Source: Sphagnum compactum
Taxonomy: Eukaryota
Reading direction: 5' to 3'
Length of the DNA: 64,000 nt
NCBI GenBank assembly: GCA_965153455.1
Contig: OZ234493.1
Location: forward strand, 12,018,213 to 12,082,212
Under the pieces are notes generated by a model that saw only the letters and a list, made by a program, of their open reading frames with translations, was not told where the DNA came from and ran no database searches. Shown here piece after piece: positions 12,010 through 24,700 of the stretch. The translations under genes were made by a program, and so were the position numbers. Position 1 is the stretch's first letter, and each line of letters starts with the position of its first letter.

Positions 12010-12197
12010 AAATTACCAAAAACAAATTCTCTAAAAGAACCCAAAATCCTTCAAGATATCTCATAACTCTAGAACTAATCTCAAGTTTCAATACAAGCCA
12101 AAATATTAAATCTTTCAAAAAATCCTCATATAAAAATAGATCTATTACTTAGGGGGCCCATAAAAAATCCCTTAAGCTACTATACTCTATAATGAAT
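12010..12197 (+). repeat. Dispersed AT-rich repeat (second copy at ~19330-19532)
   Basis: ctaaaaga..ccaaaatccttcaagata..tctcaagtttcaa..tctttcaaaaa..taaaaaatcccttaagctactatactctataatgaat is present in both copies. Confidence 0.8.
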
Positions 12198-14436
12198 TGA
12201 AATAATATACCTAATTTCAACCTTTCGAAAAATAATATACCTAATTAGGTATATATTCTTTTTAGAAATGTTGAAATTTTCACAAATTTTTATTTTCTTC
12301 AAATAACAATTTTTTTGAGAAGGAAAATATGGGATCTTTAAGAATATTCTATCTATTCATTCAATACGAAAATTTCAAAATTAATATTAATTAATTAACT
12401 ATTTGACAAACATGTGTGGAAGGTGCCAAGGTATTTTTATGGTACCAATTGATGGAACTAATGATATGATGGATGGATGGATGGATGTCTTCAAATAATG
12501 ACAACCCATTTTGTTTTTGTATTTGTTGGTGGCAAGGGCAAAAATCGGCAACCAAGGTGAAATGTAAATTGTAAAGGAATGAAGGCCCTAATGGAATGAA
12601 TGGCACATTAGTAGTCATCCAAAATATTTGGCAAATGCCTATGGGAAAACCATGCAAAGATAATTATTATTTATAATTATAATTTAAAAATTGAAAATTT
12701 TGAAAAGAAAACCAAGTGGTACAAAATACAAATTGGGTGGAGCTTAATGATTTGCAATAGATTGCCAAAGAGAATTAATTCTCTATTCTTTTTCTTTTTC
12801 GTTTTTCCATCTTCATTTGATTTGTGTGGATCATCCATGCAATTATACCTTACTCCATGCAACCTAATAGAGGTGGTGGGTATCAACCTTGAGGCTTGTA
12901 ATGGATGTATAATTGGATAAACAAGTTAGATAGTAGGCAATTTTTCTGGCTACTATGGAGGTGAGAACGAAAGATTCATCAAAACCCTTGTCAATAAATT
13001 TCACTATGGCTCACTTCACTTGCTTCACTTTGCACATATCATAGTTTCCTTTCCTTCTAAACCATCATTGTGAGGGAGAGTTGGCTTAACCCCATAAGCT
13101 AGAAATGGCTCAATTGAGCTTTGCCATCTCATTACCCCCTTGGTTGGTTTTGACTAAAGTTTCAACCAAAGTGTGTGTAAAGTTTGATTCCAACAATTGA
13201 TTTTCAATAAATCCTCCTTCATTTGATGTTTAAATTGAATCAAATTTCTGTCTAAGGCTTGCAATAAAGGTCGAATGGGTGTAAAGAGGGCTTAGGCTCT
13301 TTAGGGTTATAATAACTTTTGATTGTTATGCATCCTTTCTCACTTCACAAGTTCATTGTTGCAAATTGATCAAATGTGTTGGATGATTGTTTTGGTTGGA
13401 AACTTCACTCCTTATTCTTTTGATGTTTATTAAGCTATGCATTTTCCCTTCCATTCTCAATTGTGTTTCAAAGTTTCCATAAATTGTTTCTCATCATTTT
13501 CCTCCATGAATGCCTAAAATTTGAAAGGTGGATATCCAAGTTTGGATATAATTATATGAAAATTTGACCCTTTGAACACATACCCAGTGGTTTAAAGCCA
13601 TTTTACAGCTTCTTTGCAATGTTTTCCAACAATTGCCTCAAAACTTTTTTAAATGGCATATATTGTTAAAAAATTATGTAAATGAAGGAAAAAAAATGCA
13701 ATAGCAACATTTCAATTTAGATCTAATGCAAGACAATTAAAAATATTCCTTAGAAGTAAACTTTTGATCTTGAATAGGGTGTGCAATTATTTTTACCTTC
13801 ATTGTTGGTGGTAAACCTAGTTCCACCTTGAGTTTATGTGACTCCATTATTATTATCATCATTATTATTATTCTAAAATTGAAGAATCATTTGCAATAAT
13901 AAATGAAAACTATTAATATGTGACACCTAGTTTTAACAAAAATTTCTCCTTTTGCACATAACAACACTGGTGCGACAAGAATGGTTGAAGGTTAGAAAAA
14001 AGGCCCAAATGCAAGGTGATTTAAATAATAATTTTAACATAACATTAAAAGAACCCCATCCCCCCAATAAACTTTAGCCCATACATAATGTTTTATTTCT
14101 TAATCAAGATTGCTAGAAGGGACATCCTTAGAATCCTTCTTGGCATCCCTACCAATAGCAAATTTTAAAATTCTTTTAAAAAAATTTATTTTGTTTGGTT
14201 TGGGTGAAAGTTCGGACTTACTTCTTCCCAATGCCACTGTCACATTTCATTGTGTCCCCAATTGCTTTAAAAAATGACCAAAACAACAATAAAAAATGAT
14301 GGAAAAATCCTAAACCCTTGCGTTTTCTTGTCGTTTTGTCATTATTCCTACCATTTCTCCTTGTCGTTGTTTCGTAGTTGCTCCCATTGTTGCAATGTCA
14401 TTTCCATTTTCCCTTGTTGTCCCCCATGGTCCAAGG

Positions 14437-15156
14437 TGCTCCTACCTGTACAACTACTATAAGTACCTCGAACCTTGTGCATTAAATGCTGAGTTTCAGC
14501 ATTTCATATCCAGATTTAATAAACGAACCTCGCTCAAAATTGGGATATGCCGCTATGTGTGGTCTGCGCACGGTATTCTTTAGTAAAAGGCGAAAGAATA
14601 GTTCGCTTTGAGCGAACCTCGCTCAAAGGGAGGATAGGGGGTGAAAGGAGGCCCAAAGATACGGTGAAGACAGGGCGACTTTAAGGAAAACTCTAGCATG
14701 GATGCGACGCCTCCTAAAACACAAAAAAAGCTATCATGAATCAAGAATGTACCAATGGCACACCTATTCCATACATCATAGGGGTCGATGTCCTACCCAA
14801 AAGGGATGCTAGCAACATCGCTTCTAATACAATATTAGTATTTAAGAGTTTTATGTTGTAATCATGCTTTGATTTTCAAGTTCCCTAATAATATGAAATT
14901 TCATCTTGGATTTTGCATACTTTGCTCTCGTACCCAGTAAGGTTAGAAATTTTCTTACATGCAAAGAGTTTTCCTTAAAGGCGCCCTGTCTTCACCGTAT
15001 CTATCTTTGGGCCTCCTTTCACCCCCTGTACTCTCTTTGAGCGGAGGTTCGCAGAGTAAGGAAGTTTTATTAAATCTGGATACGAAAATGCTGAAACTTA
15101 GCATTTAATGCACAAGGAGGTTCGAGGTAATTATGGTAGTTGCACAGGTAGGAGCA
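14437..15156. repeat. Large inverted repeat / fold-back element
   Basis: Left arm 14437-14700 (tgctcctacctgt..ctctagcatg) is the reverse complement of right arm 14958-15156 (catgcaaagag..acaggtaggagca), with a ~257-bp spacer. No TSD seen. Confidence 0.85.
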
Positions 15157-15364
15157 GTGAAAATATATGCAGCAGCAGTGGAGGCGCTCAGGGAAAAAGG
15201 AAAGAGGGGGTCAAAACAGGATGAAACTCATCAGTTCACCACAAAAAGTTAGTGCATTTCTGAGTTCCCCCTCCCCCTTGAAGGCTAATGTACTTTGTTT
15301 TGCAAGTTTTTTTTATTTTTCGTTCCAAAACCTGATTTTTTGGGAATTTATTTGAATTTTCAGC

Positions 15365-15727
15365 AGCAGAGATCACTCCAAAAAATCAAGATCTCCCACA
15401 TTCTGAATCCAAATCTTACCAAATAAATCCCATTAAATCCTGCTCAAATCAAGATCTTTCCAACAACACCAAAGGCACAACATTCCAATTCCTCCGAAAA
15501 ATTTTCAACTATGATTTAATTTAATTTTCAATGAAAAAATCATTCAATATTCCACAACTTTTGCATCACAAGTCCAAAAACGTCATGGAACCAAGCCCAT
15601 GCACACCCCTCCTCGTCGAGAGCTTTCCAAAGACACCACGAAGAAGAACACGATCTGCAACATTCCAGTTTGGTGGATCTCATAATTACAAAACAAAAAC
15701 AACAACTACCTTCCTTCATAGATAGAT
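15365..15727 (-). mobile_element. Dispersed repeat, possible non-autonomous Helitron fragment (copy A)
   Basis: Collinear with 20330-20655. Both end in atagatagat, which reads as an A|TC start on the minus strand. Confidence 0.4.
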
Positions 15728-17449
15728 ATGGGTAATGTGATATTGTTAATAACTGCAAAATTTTAGAAATTATGAAACATCTTGTCTGGTTCTAGCTTAT
15801 TTTGAAAACACAAAGAACATTGTGGTTTCCATGAAAGAATCAGCAAAGAGCCGTGGCATTTAAGGGTGATCCTTTGAGACTATATATGAAAGTGGTGGTC
15901 ATATATGAGAACCTATTCTTCAATTTTCAGAGAACAATGGGTTGTCAAATTAAAGAACCTCCTTTACATTCATGAATATCTATCCTAGAAAAGAAGAGGG
16001 ATCTTACATCTACTCCTTAAGAGTGTGAGAGAAATTATGCCTACTACAAATGTAAGATCCTTCTCCTCCTTCTTAATGAATAGGTGTAAGAATTGTCACC
16101 CTCTTCCACTTCATTATATTCACGGATGTTTAACGTTCACCTCATGCTTTATGATGTGGAAAATCCACAGGTGGGGACATTCTCAAAATGGGTGGGGGGC
16201 AAGACTTAACCCTTGTTGCCTCATCCTAGGCCCCCCCCCATTTGGGAATGGCCCCCACCTTGGGTCTTTACCTTACACATTCATTTGCATGGCCTCCTAT
16301 GACCATAGTCTCATTGCATCATAATTGTAGGCTAATAGTTCTATGCATTCTATGGACGTAGTAAATGTGGGACTTTCTTGGGAATTGTCATATTTGAGCC
16401 AAAATGCACTAAATCATGATGATATGTTTTCACACTAAGGTGGTTAGGGATTTTGTAAATTTGTATTGGTGTGTTTTTACATTTGTTGTGCATGGTTCCA
16501 AATTTTTGCTCGGTGTGAATCTACATTAGTTATTCTATTGAGTGCAAATTCATGTTCATGATCATCCATCCCCCCATATCCATAAAGGCCAACATCCTAC
16601 AAGTAGGTACTTTTAACCCAAGTGTTCGAATTGTCATACATCCTCCTCATACATATGCAAAACCCTAAAACCCTAAACTAGTTTGGGTCCTACCTAGTCA
16701 TTTCCTTTTGTAAAAATTTCATTCCCAATTATGCATCTGATGCCCTGATATGCCAAAACTGGCCGTTCGTTCTCCTCTAATCGCCTGACTTTACAAATAA
16801 CTTTATTGAGTTTCGAGTTTCAACCTGCAATCGTTTTCCAATGTACAAAAAAACCCTCATCCCACATTTTTTCATTCATCCACTGAACCAAGGAGGGATG
16901 TTAAACAACTTGGTCTATTTTATTTATTTAAAAAATTTCCATGCTTGCCAATCAAAGCATTTCATCTACCCTATTAATTGGGCATGTGCATGTATGTGTG
17001 TGCAACAATTTGGGGCTTTATGCTAACTACACTTTAAACATGTAAAAATAAATGTCATCTTCAGATTCATGAGTGTAAATTTGGCCAAATTTTGCTTCTT
17101 TCTCAAAAATTTGGTCCTCGTGAATTTTCATTATTTTTTGAAAGTATTTAAAAGAAAAAACTTGCAAACATGTGCATTTTATGTGTGCTTTGAGAGTTGC
17201 TAAATGTGTGCTAATAATGTGAAGGGGGAATGAAATGTATTTTTTTTCAAAATGAATTTATAGGAGTTTGTTATATAAACCATAAATTATATAAAATGAT
17301 TTGTAGCTAATTTGCTTATATGTGGTACATTTATGAAGTGAAAAATAGGATTGCAATTGCAAAGTTCTTCTCTTCAAATGCGTTTTGTACCTAGAAAAAA
17401 CATATTTATTTATTTATTTATTTAGTTTTATTTTAATTTTAATTTTCCA

Positions 17450-17590
17450 ATTTTGTGATGTAGCTGAAATGGCAATCAGATCAATTAGTCAATTTACCCA
17501 AAGCTGGCTATGAAAAATATGAAAGCAAAAATATTTAAGCATACTTCTATATTTTTGGCTACTAGGACTAATATTGAATCTGGCCATTTT
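17450..17590 (+). repeat. Dispersed repeat family (other copies ~46550-46740 and ~47705-47870)
   Basis: Shared tttgtgatgtagc..tggc/tgac aatcatcca..gaagatttagccaaat.tggctata..tatatttttggctact motif string. Confidence 0.6.
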
Positions 17591-18122
17591 TAAAAATAAT
17601 AATAATCTCGAAATTTGGTGATTAGAAACCCAGAAAACACTTTTTTGTTTTTTTGGGTCATTTTGGAAAAAAAAAAGAAAAAAGAAAAACATCATTATTT
17701 TGTGCCAAACATCAAGCCACGGGAGGCATGATATTTGATAGCCATATTTCATCCAAAATACAGTGTACAAAGCCCTTTTACTACTTTGGGTGAAGATGCT
17801 CTATGAATTATTAAATAAATAAATAAATAATTGCTTAAAAAAAAACCAAAGAACCCAACACAAAAGGACTGCAGCATTTTTACACATTTTTATTTTTAAA
17901 AAAAAATTAAAATGGAACTTTTCTAGTTTTCCCCCACAAAATATACGTACCTAAAAAAAAAATTAAAAATTAAAAATACCCATTTCTTCCTTAAGTTCTG
18001 CTTTGGGTTTTTCTTCGCAATAAAAGTTTTAGGAGGTTTATATAAATTTTTTTTGGGATCATCTATTTTCTGAGCAATTAAAAAAATGGATTTTTTGCTT
18101 TGGATTTGTAAAATTATGAATT

Positions 18123-18154
<32 letters not shown>

Positions 18155-18371
18155 TTTTGGTTGGGGGGGGGGGACAAACTGTTCACTGGAACAGGGAACT
18201 TGAGATGCCAAGCCTGAGAAATCCACGTGTCCAAATGGGCAACAGGACACGACATCCTTGTCATGTTTGTCGAGAGAGAATATTACATCCATTGTGATGC
18301 CACGTGGAAACAGGCCAACTGATCTAAACTGACTAGATGTGTACTCAACACTCATTGTAGCAAGGCTGCTG

Positions 18372-18424
18372 AGGTGGCTAGTTCCTTGTCCAGGTGGCTA
18401 GTTCCTTGCCCAGGTGGCTAGTTC
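18372..18424. repeat. 20-bp tandem repeat, ~2.7 copies
   Basis: The unit aggtggctagttccttg(t/c)cc is repeated directly. Confidence 0.85.
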
Positions 18425-18663
18425 AACCAATCAAAAAGCATCAAGAATTTTATTATTATTATTATTATTATTAAATATTTTCTATTATTAAAAAAAGCAA
18501 CTTTAACTTTTTCCTTTTTGTTCAGATATGGTGCTTGCATACGCGGGAGGTGTTGAAGCTTTTGGTTTTTTTTGGGTCTCTTACGTGGTTGTTCATGATT
18601 GGCCAATAAGGCAATGGCCCCGGCCACCTGTACACCATCCATTGGAAGCCTGTTATGACTCGG

Positions 18664-18718
18664 CAAGGGTTGGATTGAACCCCGACCAACTTGATGTCGG
18701 GGTTCAATCCAACCCTTG
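18664..18718. repeat. Perfect 23-bp-stem hairpin
   Basis: caagggttggattgaaccccgac + 9-nt loop caacttgat + gtcggggttcaatccaacccttg. Confidence 0.95.
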
Positions 18719-19329
18719 GTTAATATTTGGTTTCACCTTGGTAACCAATTCTGTAGGAAATAGCTCTCATATATAGGTAGATAGGTAGGAAAATTAGGTC
18801 TCATATATAGGTAGATAGGTAGGAAAATAGGTAATTAGTAGGTATGTAGATGGTTCATACATAATAGGTGAAGGCTTTTTTTTTTTTTTTAATTACCTAC
18901 CTATAAACAAAACTGTGCTTTATGGGTTGTTAGTAGGGAGGTAGGTAGGAAAAAAAGAGAAAAAGGGGGCAACTGAGCTAACCCACCATGGTTAGTTAAC
19001 TAGGGAACTGGAACCCAACAGAAAACTGTTTCCTGACCACTTACCATTCATCCTTCATGGTGCACTGGTGGGGTGCTGGTTCACTGTGGACCTCTAAAAG
19101 GATATGTCCAGTAATTAGATTTGGATGAACTTAGATGAATCAGCACCACCTACCTACATTGGTACCATGGTAAAAGAAGAATTACCAAAACTCAAGTATT
19201 TCACCACGCAAAATAATTAATAATATTAAAATAATATTACTATTATGTTAAAAATATTATAATAATAATTTAATAATAATAATAATAATAATTTATAATA
19301 GTTATTCCTAAATTTAATCTTCAAAAAAT

Positions 19330-19532
19330 CGTCTAAAAGAAACCAAAATCCTTCAAGATATTATTATAACTCTATTATAACTAATAATAATCTCAAGTTT
19401 CAACACAAGCGAAAATATCATCTTTCAAAAATACTCATATAATAAAACAATAGACCTATTATTATTTATTAGTATTACCTAGTCTGAAGGGCCTATAAAA
19501 AATCCCTTAAGCTACTATACTCTATAATGAAT
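19330..19532 (+). repeat. Second copy of the 12010-12197 repeat, with tat/aat slippage insertions
   Basis: Same motif order as 12010-12197, with added attattatttatt-type expansions. Confidence 0.75.
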
Positions 19533-20195
19533 CTAAAAACACAATATCCTTTGCGTAACAAGGCAAGGCCAACAAATTGGGTTGATTCTAAAGATTAGAA
19601 ATTATCTTGTCCTGAGCTGAGAGTAAATTAAGGTTCTTTGAGTCCAAATTTAACAATTCTAGGGTTAAATATAACCCTAGAATATAATGTTACTCTATTG
19701 GTACCTTCAAGTTCTCAAATAAGGGCCCTTTAAAATGGTTAGCCACTAGAGAACCTCACACCAAACAAAAAGGTCAAAAGGTAACCAATGTGGGTTTAGT
19801 TAGGGTTTAGACATGTGGCAAAACACAAACCAAAAGTGTACTTATGTAGTTAGTGTGTGGCCATCACATAAGTCGCTTGTCACCAACAATTTCTTTTTTT
19901 TTTAAGTACATAAACTTTTGTGTCACCTACATACTTAGGTTAGTAGAAAAGCCAAAGTGTCATAGCAAAGTGGGAAAGGGAAAAAAAAGTGGATATGAAA
20001 CCTTGAAGTTCAACATTTATGAGCATGAGATGAAGAGATCCCATACATACAACCATGGAAAGTCTCTCTTTTCTTCAATGACAAGTTACAACTCAAACTC
20101 AAGGTGTAAAATACACAACACCCAAATGCCGTAATATTTGCATTCTTTTGAGTTATATTTTCATAATTCAAAATACATTTTTTAATAGTATTATA

Positions 20196-20655
20196 CTAGT
20201 GTGGGTTGTGAGCTTTGGGTCAATTGAATGAATTTGGAAAGGCAATATGGTATATGTTGTTTTTTAAACCTAAGTCTGAAATCTTTTTTTAAATCAATTT
20301 TTAATTTTACCAATTTCCAATGACTAAAAAACCACCCAAATTTCAATGTCTCTTGAATCCAAAAATTTACAAAATCACCACGATAAAATCTTTCTCATTG
20401 AAAACTTTCCAAAAATATCAATTTCATGCGTTAGTTTTCTTAAAATATTTAGTTTTGATCTTATTGGATTTTCAATGACAATATTGTTCAATATTCAATA
20501 ACTCTTATAAGGTATGTTGAAACATTGTGAAATCACCTTATTGCATTGTTGTTCATCAAAGGCTTTCCAATGAAACTAAGAGTGTGGTCAAGGGCCCCTT
20601 GTTTGAAAGATTTTAATGTCACAAACAAACAAATCACCATGCTAAATAGATAGAT
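20196..20655 (-). mobile_element. Possible non-autonomous Helitron (copy B)
   Basis: The minus strand starts A|TCTATCTAT at ~20654 and ends CTAG|T at 20196, after a decayed GC-rich stretch. Homologous to 15365-15727. Confidence 0.4.
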
Positions 20656-22399
20656 ATAACATTTAATATTTTTTTTTTTAAACTCTAAAATTGTAACCAA
20701 ACCAAATATTTGCACAAGAAGAAAATGGAACGGAATACTTGACACACACACACATATATATATTTGAATAGATGAAAAATCAAACTAACTGCGTCTTTTT
20801 TTTTCATATTTTTAAAGTTATGTTTGTCTTTCAAACAAATTTTAAATGACCAAATAGTTTTTATAAGATTGCTTGAAGACCATCTATTTCTCACCATAAG
20901 ATCCAAATGTATAGTCCTTGCTTAAAGGCATGGCCCAATAAAAAGTGCAAAGTAATGCCCAATGAGCAAGGTGTTCTTAAAATGATGGCCCACCATTCGA
21001 AACGTCAACCAACCAAGGGCAAACCACAAGGGGGACACTTAGTGTTAAATATTTAGACTAAGTGCATCAAACAAGCATATATGGTGAGGAATTTTTTTTT
21101 CCCCCACCTCATTATTATCTAATTTTTTAATATGCACATATTTCAACCACCTTATATTTGTTTATTTATTTATTTTGTTTTAATAAGCATGGAGATACAA
21201 AATTTTAGGTAATATTGCAACAATTTCCATTATAGTTGAGACATTTGAGATTTTGGTCCATGGATTTTAATACAAAAGTTCATGTGCATTTGAAAAGAAC
21301 ATTTAACATACACCACATTAATTTAGTTCACACACATGTATACTAGTCTACGTGATTTTCAACACCTTTTTCCCTGGCCCCAAGTCTTCATATTTTCCTT
21401 TTAACCTCTTAACTCGATTTGATGGAAATGCAAGAAGGAAAGTTGCAAAAGGAATATAAATAATTTACAACTTCTTGAATTGTGTTGTTTGCAACAACAA
21501 CTAGGCCAGCCACATCATAAAGCTTGGCATGTTCAATGCATCTTCGTATTCAATAAAGAAAATATTTTTCTTGGGTTTTCAAGCCTAAAGTTACTACCTT
21601 GCAACAATTAATATGGCCAAATACATGCATCAATAATTGAAAATATAAATGTAACCACTTGGAATAATTGAAATCAAAAAGTCATAACATAAATGTGATT
21701 AAAAAAAACATATAATGGGTGAAATTTTCAATAACTAACCTTTTATCATCATCCAATTAATCACATGTAATTTGGCACACCTACACAAATAAAGCCTCAA
21801 ATGCATCCCCTCCACCCCCCCCCCCCCCCCCAAATCATTCCCCCCTTGTAGACCTTTTAAACCAAAATTCAAGAATAATACTTTGGAGACAACCCAATGT
21901 CATAAAGCAAAGTGACAAGATAATTTATAAATTCTTATTACGTACAAACTCGTTTAGAAAAGTTGCATCAAAGCAATCTATCCAATAAATATTTATCTCT
22001 TTCTTACAATTCATAGTGATAGTAAATATAATAAAATCTACATTTACCCAATTAGTATCAATTGTCCCATATTTGAATTTGAAATTACTTCATGATTTAA
22101 ATTAAACCAATTTAAAACCACCATTGTCATAGGGCCTCCACTTGTTGTCCTAACTACAGCATTAGGCTTGTTCATAAAATAAATAGGTTCCTTGAAAAGC
22201 CCCATCTATTTCAAACCTTCGTCTTAATTTTTTGGACTTTCCCTAACCACTATGTACCTCAATTTTTACCACCCTTTTGTTTTGAACCAACTTAATTACT
22301 ATTGGAGTCTTGCACAAAATACAACCCACAATTATTGCCCATGCTCAACTTACATATATTATTTTATGACTCATTTATCAAATAAACGTCTAAATTGTT

Positions 22400-24700
22400 G
22401 AAATACGTCGATTTCCTCATACAGGTTAGTTATCCTTAAAAAGGAAAGGATTTTCATTGAATTAGCTTACCAACGTGGATTTATAAATCTTATTCCCTTC
22501 ATATTCCACAATAATGCAATTTGCATTTTGAAACCTAACATCAATTAGAAGTTGTCCTTCAATTTCATTCAACATGTCTAAAATTGCATCTTGTGTTTCT
22601 AACTCTATGATGGCCACATCATTTAAACCATCATCAACTAAATCACCTTCCATATGTGTTGTACCAAGTGGTGGAAAGGGCTTTTGTCTTTCACCAGCAC
22701 AATTTCAAAACAATTTACAATCACCATCTTCAATTGCAACACTTTTGTTGAGTGGAACATAAGCTAGATGTTGGGTAGATGCTTAAGATTAACCTTTTCC
22801 AACTTCCATGGTTCATTGAACCATGAATCTAACCTCATGCCATAGGCAGGCCCTTCATGTTCATCATTATTAACATACTATGAACAACCTTGAACCCTTT
22901 TATTAATGCCATAATTACATTTTCATCTAATATTATTAGATTGTAATTAGCCAAGTTCACAACAAATACATGTTCTTGCAAAGGATGTAAACCAAACCAA
23001 ACATTCTCCATCTTATTGTGGACTCTTCCAAAGTAAAACCCAATTCTCACCATACTTAATGGTAGCAATTTGGTTGAGAATATTTGCAAAATTCACAACT
23101 TTACAAAAGTCATAAGCATGTTCCATTCTTACCATTCCCCTTATCTTGGAGAAAAGTACTTAAGAAGAATCAAATTTAGTCAAATGTAAAGGAATTATTA
23201 GTTTAGGGTATCAATTTCTAAATGTTTAATCAACAAAAGAACAAAATGACAAGAAATTTGGATATCAAGAAAACATTGTTGGTTCATAAAAGAATCAATG
23301 ACACTTACCTTTTGGGGTTCCCAATGATTACGTTGTCTCCATGCTTGAACCATAATTTCCAAAGGTAAAAGAAAAATGACACGTTGGAAGCCAAAACAGT
23401 TATGCTTCCCAAATCCAAAATCATCAAAAGAAATATGTTAATGTAATCTACACATATTTTCAAGTAAAATCCAATATCCAATGTCCTTTATTGATGAGTA
23501 TGTCCACAACTTTGCAACATTTTCAAACATTTTTGAACCTTTCATTAACAATCCTTTGAACATAAAGCCCAATTTTGTTTAGTAAATCTTTGAATGTCCT
23601 CAAATCATAGACCATGGTGGTCATAAATTTTGTTATACACTTGACCAATATTTGAAGAATGCAAGTCTTACCCCCAATTACAAAGACCTTGCTAGACTAT
23701 ATCCAACGGATTGAGAATTTTATTACCATTGTGGATATAATCTTGGCTATGAAGACCCCAAGCATCCTTTGTCTCATTCAATCCAATAGACATTAACCAT
23801 CATGGTCACCCAATTTTTAAACACAAACATGTTTGTATTAAATAATTTGCCAACATTAACTAACATTAACTATCACCATCACTAACATGCCCAACAATAG
23901 GTCCCACAATGGTTTGACATTCTAACCTCCATAGAACACCTATAACATCACATTGTTATGAAACTCAATTGGCATCAAAACAATTACACGTGCAACATAC
24001 CACAAGGATCAAATTTGACAACTTATCATGTAAAGGATTCACAATTATGACTATAGCAAAACTTGCAATTGTGTAATTTGTGAACACTTTGAGGATTTTG
24101 TTATACTCAACCTTTCTAATTCCAACAACAAGATTGAAATTAATCACACAACGATGATCAACTTTTGCACCACAAAAGTTAGTTAGATGGTCACCTCTAG
24201 AACCCCATGCAATTTTAAACCTAACCTTCGTCTCATCCTCAACCAATATAAAAAGGACAAGTCCACCAATATTGTGAGCTTTTTCACCTTTTGTAAATTT
24301 TTGCTACACATTTAAAAATAGTAACATGTTCACTAAAAACATATTGAACACTTGTTTTGTTAGCTATTTTATCATCTTGTAGCTTGGTTTGACAAAGTTT
24401 AGTCGAAACAAATTACAAATGTGTCACCCACCATAAATTTTCATATTTTGGGTAAATGTTTTGTTGTTAATGCCCCACTTGCAACCTTCTTTTTATGATT
24501 GATATTTCTTGCAACATCAAGTTCAAAAAATCCCAAATGGCAGATTAGCCTCCAAAAGCATTTGTATGATGGGCAAATAATATATTGCTGCAAAATTGAA
24601 ACACATATTTTATCTTCAAACATTCAAATGAACTAGCCTTCAATGAGGGCCTAAACATTTTCAATTTAGCAACTTTAACCTTTTGACACCAATGAGCAAC
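22400..24700 (-). pseudogene. Heavily degenerate DDE transposase relic, P-element/THAP9-like
   Basis: Broken frames read VNPLHDKL..LVVCCTCNCFD, GPIVGHVSDGDS, GLHSQDYIHNGNK (DxxH), QQCFLDIQISCHFVLLI, LHLTKFDSS*VLFSKI and YKSTLVS. Many stops and frameshifts; boundaries approximate. Confidence 0.5.

Noticed and set aside
16659-16678. Interstitial telomere array
   Set aside because: Only two imperfect AAACCCT units, too short to call.
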